Below are positions 63,391-64,000 of a stretch of DNA of 64,000 nt, one piece after another. The notes beneath the pieces were generated by a model that was given only the letters and a program-made list of their open reading frames with translations, ran no database searches and was not told the origin of the DNA. How positions within the stretch are numbered: position 1 is the first letter of the stretch; every line of letters begins with the position of its first letter. The DNA comes from Psammoneis japonica (Eukaryota), in assembly GCA_008632985.1 (NCBI GenBank), contig QPGO01000055.1, positions 62,001 to 126,000 of the forward strand. Direction: 5' to 3'. Both the position numbers and the translations under genes were made by a program.

Positions 63391-64000
63391 TTAGGACCAG
63401 AACGGATCATCTTCTTCTGCTACACCGCCCATTCCTCCTCCTAGTGCTGCTTCCTCCTCGTCACTTATCGAGTTGGGCACAATCACACTATCCAAATTCA
63501 TGTATTCACCTCCCTTCTCAGCCCACTGTCCCTGTACATCATAAAAGAGTCTCGACTTGGGCGTCATAACATGTACCATGACGGACCCATAATCCAACAA
63601 CATCCAACCCGAATCAGCCGTTCCTTCGGGCACACCATTCCCCTGCGTTCTCATGTCATATGCTTCCATCATGTCGTCCTGAATGGCAGCACAAATGGCT
63701 TGATTCTGCGGACGTGAATTCCCGCTGCAAATGACTAGAAACGACGTGAGCGTGCTAATTTTCGATACACGCATGGCCACGATATCTTCTGCCTTGCGTC
63801 CATCGGCAGCCTTGCAAATTGTAAAAACCATTTCTGCCAAATCATCATCTTCGGGTGGGATATTTGTGTATCGGTCGGCATCGCCCACCAAGTTGGTCAT
63901 GGGTTCATCGATAAAGTCCAGCATGGCATCGCGCTTTTCCTGAGCTGCCTTTCCCTTGCCTTGAGCAAACAGTAGCGTACTTCTTGTCGTAGACCTATAG
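63391..64000 (-). CDS. rsfS: Ribosome silencing factor RsfS / Iojap-like, 5' part outside window
   Basis: KAEDIVA, FLVICSGNSRPQNQAI, EGTADSGWMLLDYGSVMVHVMTPKSRLFYD. Confidence 0.88.
   Translation of the reverse strand, partial: YRSTTRSTLLFAQGKGKAAQEKRDAMLDFIDEPMTNLVGDADRYTNIPPEDDDLAEMVFTICKAADGRKAEDIVAMRVSKISTLTSFLVICSGNSRPQNQAICAAIQDDMMEAYDMRTQGNGVPEGTADSGWMLLDYGSVMVHVMTPKSRLFYDVQGQWAEKGGEYMNLDSVIVPNSISDEEEAALGGGMGGVAEEDDPFWS

Overview
Eukaryotic nuclear DNA, very probably from a diatom: short GT-AG introns, signal peptide plus 'A-F-A-P'-type plastid targeting, and diatom-type copia and LINE elements. Gene islands with normal base composition (MFS transporter, PH+LRAT-like protein, secreted protein, two divergent FKBPs, arsM, eIF4B-like, SmD1, RsfS/Iojap) alternate with transposon blocks. 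These blocks are an Ngaro-like tyrosine-recombinase retroelement (1-3532), an unassigned relic (~5.9-9.3 kb), a tandem copia with three LTRs (13286-25125), a TTAA-flanked foldback MITE, and a ~26 kb block of nested relics (~30.3-56.2 kb) containing a Sola-like transposase and an RNase H-bearing LINE. The main signal is a repeat-restricted, strand-symmetric point mutation of TpA to TpG or CpA (A:T to G:C), the reverse of fungal RIP. It is seen as Tyr->Cys/His, Ile->Met and Val->Ala at conserved positions, as loss of TAA/TAG stops, and as the dominant difference between paralogous repeat copies. Younger elements have lost TpA but keep CpG, older ones have lost both, and host genes and the MITE are spared. 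All counts are by eye and family assignments come from remembered motifs, not database searches.
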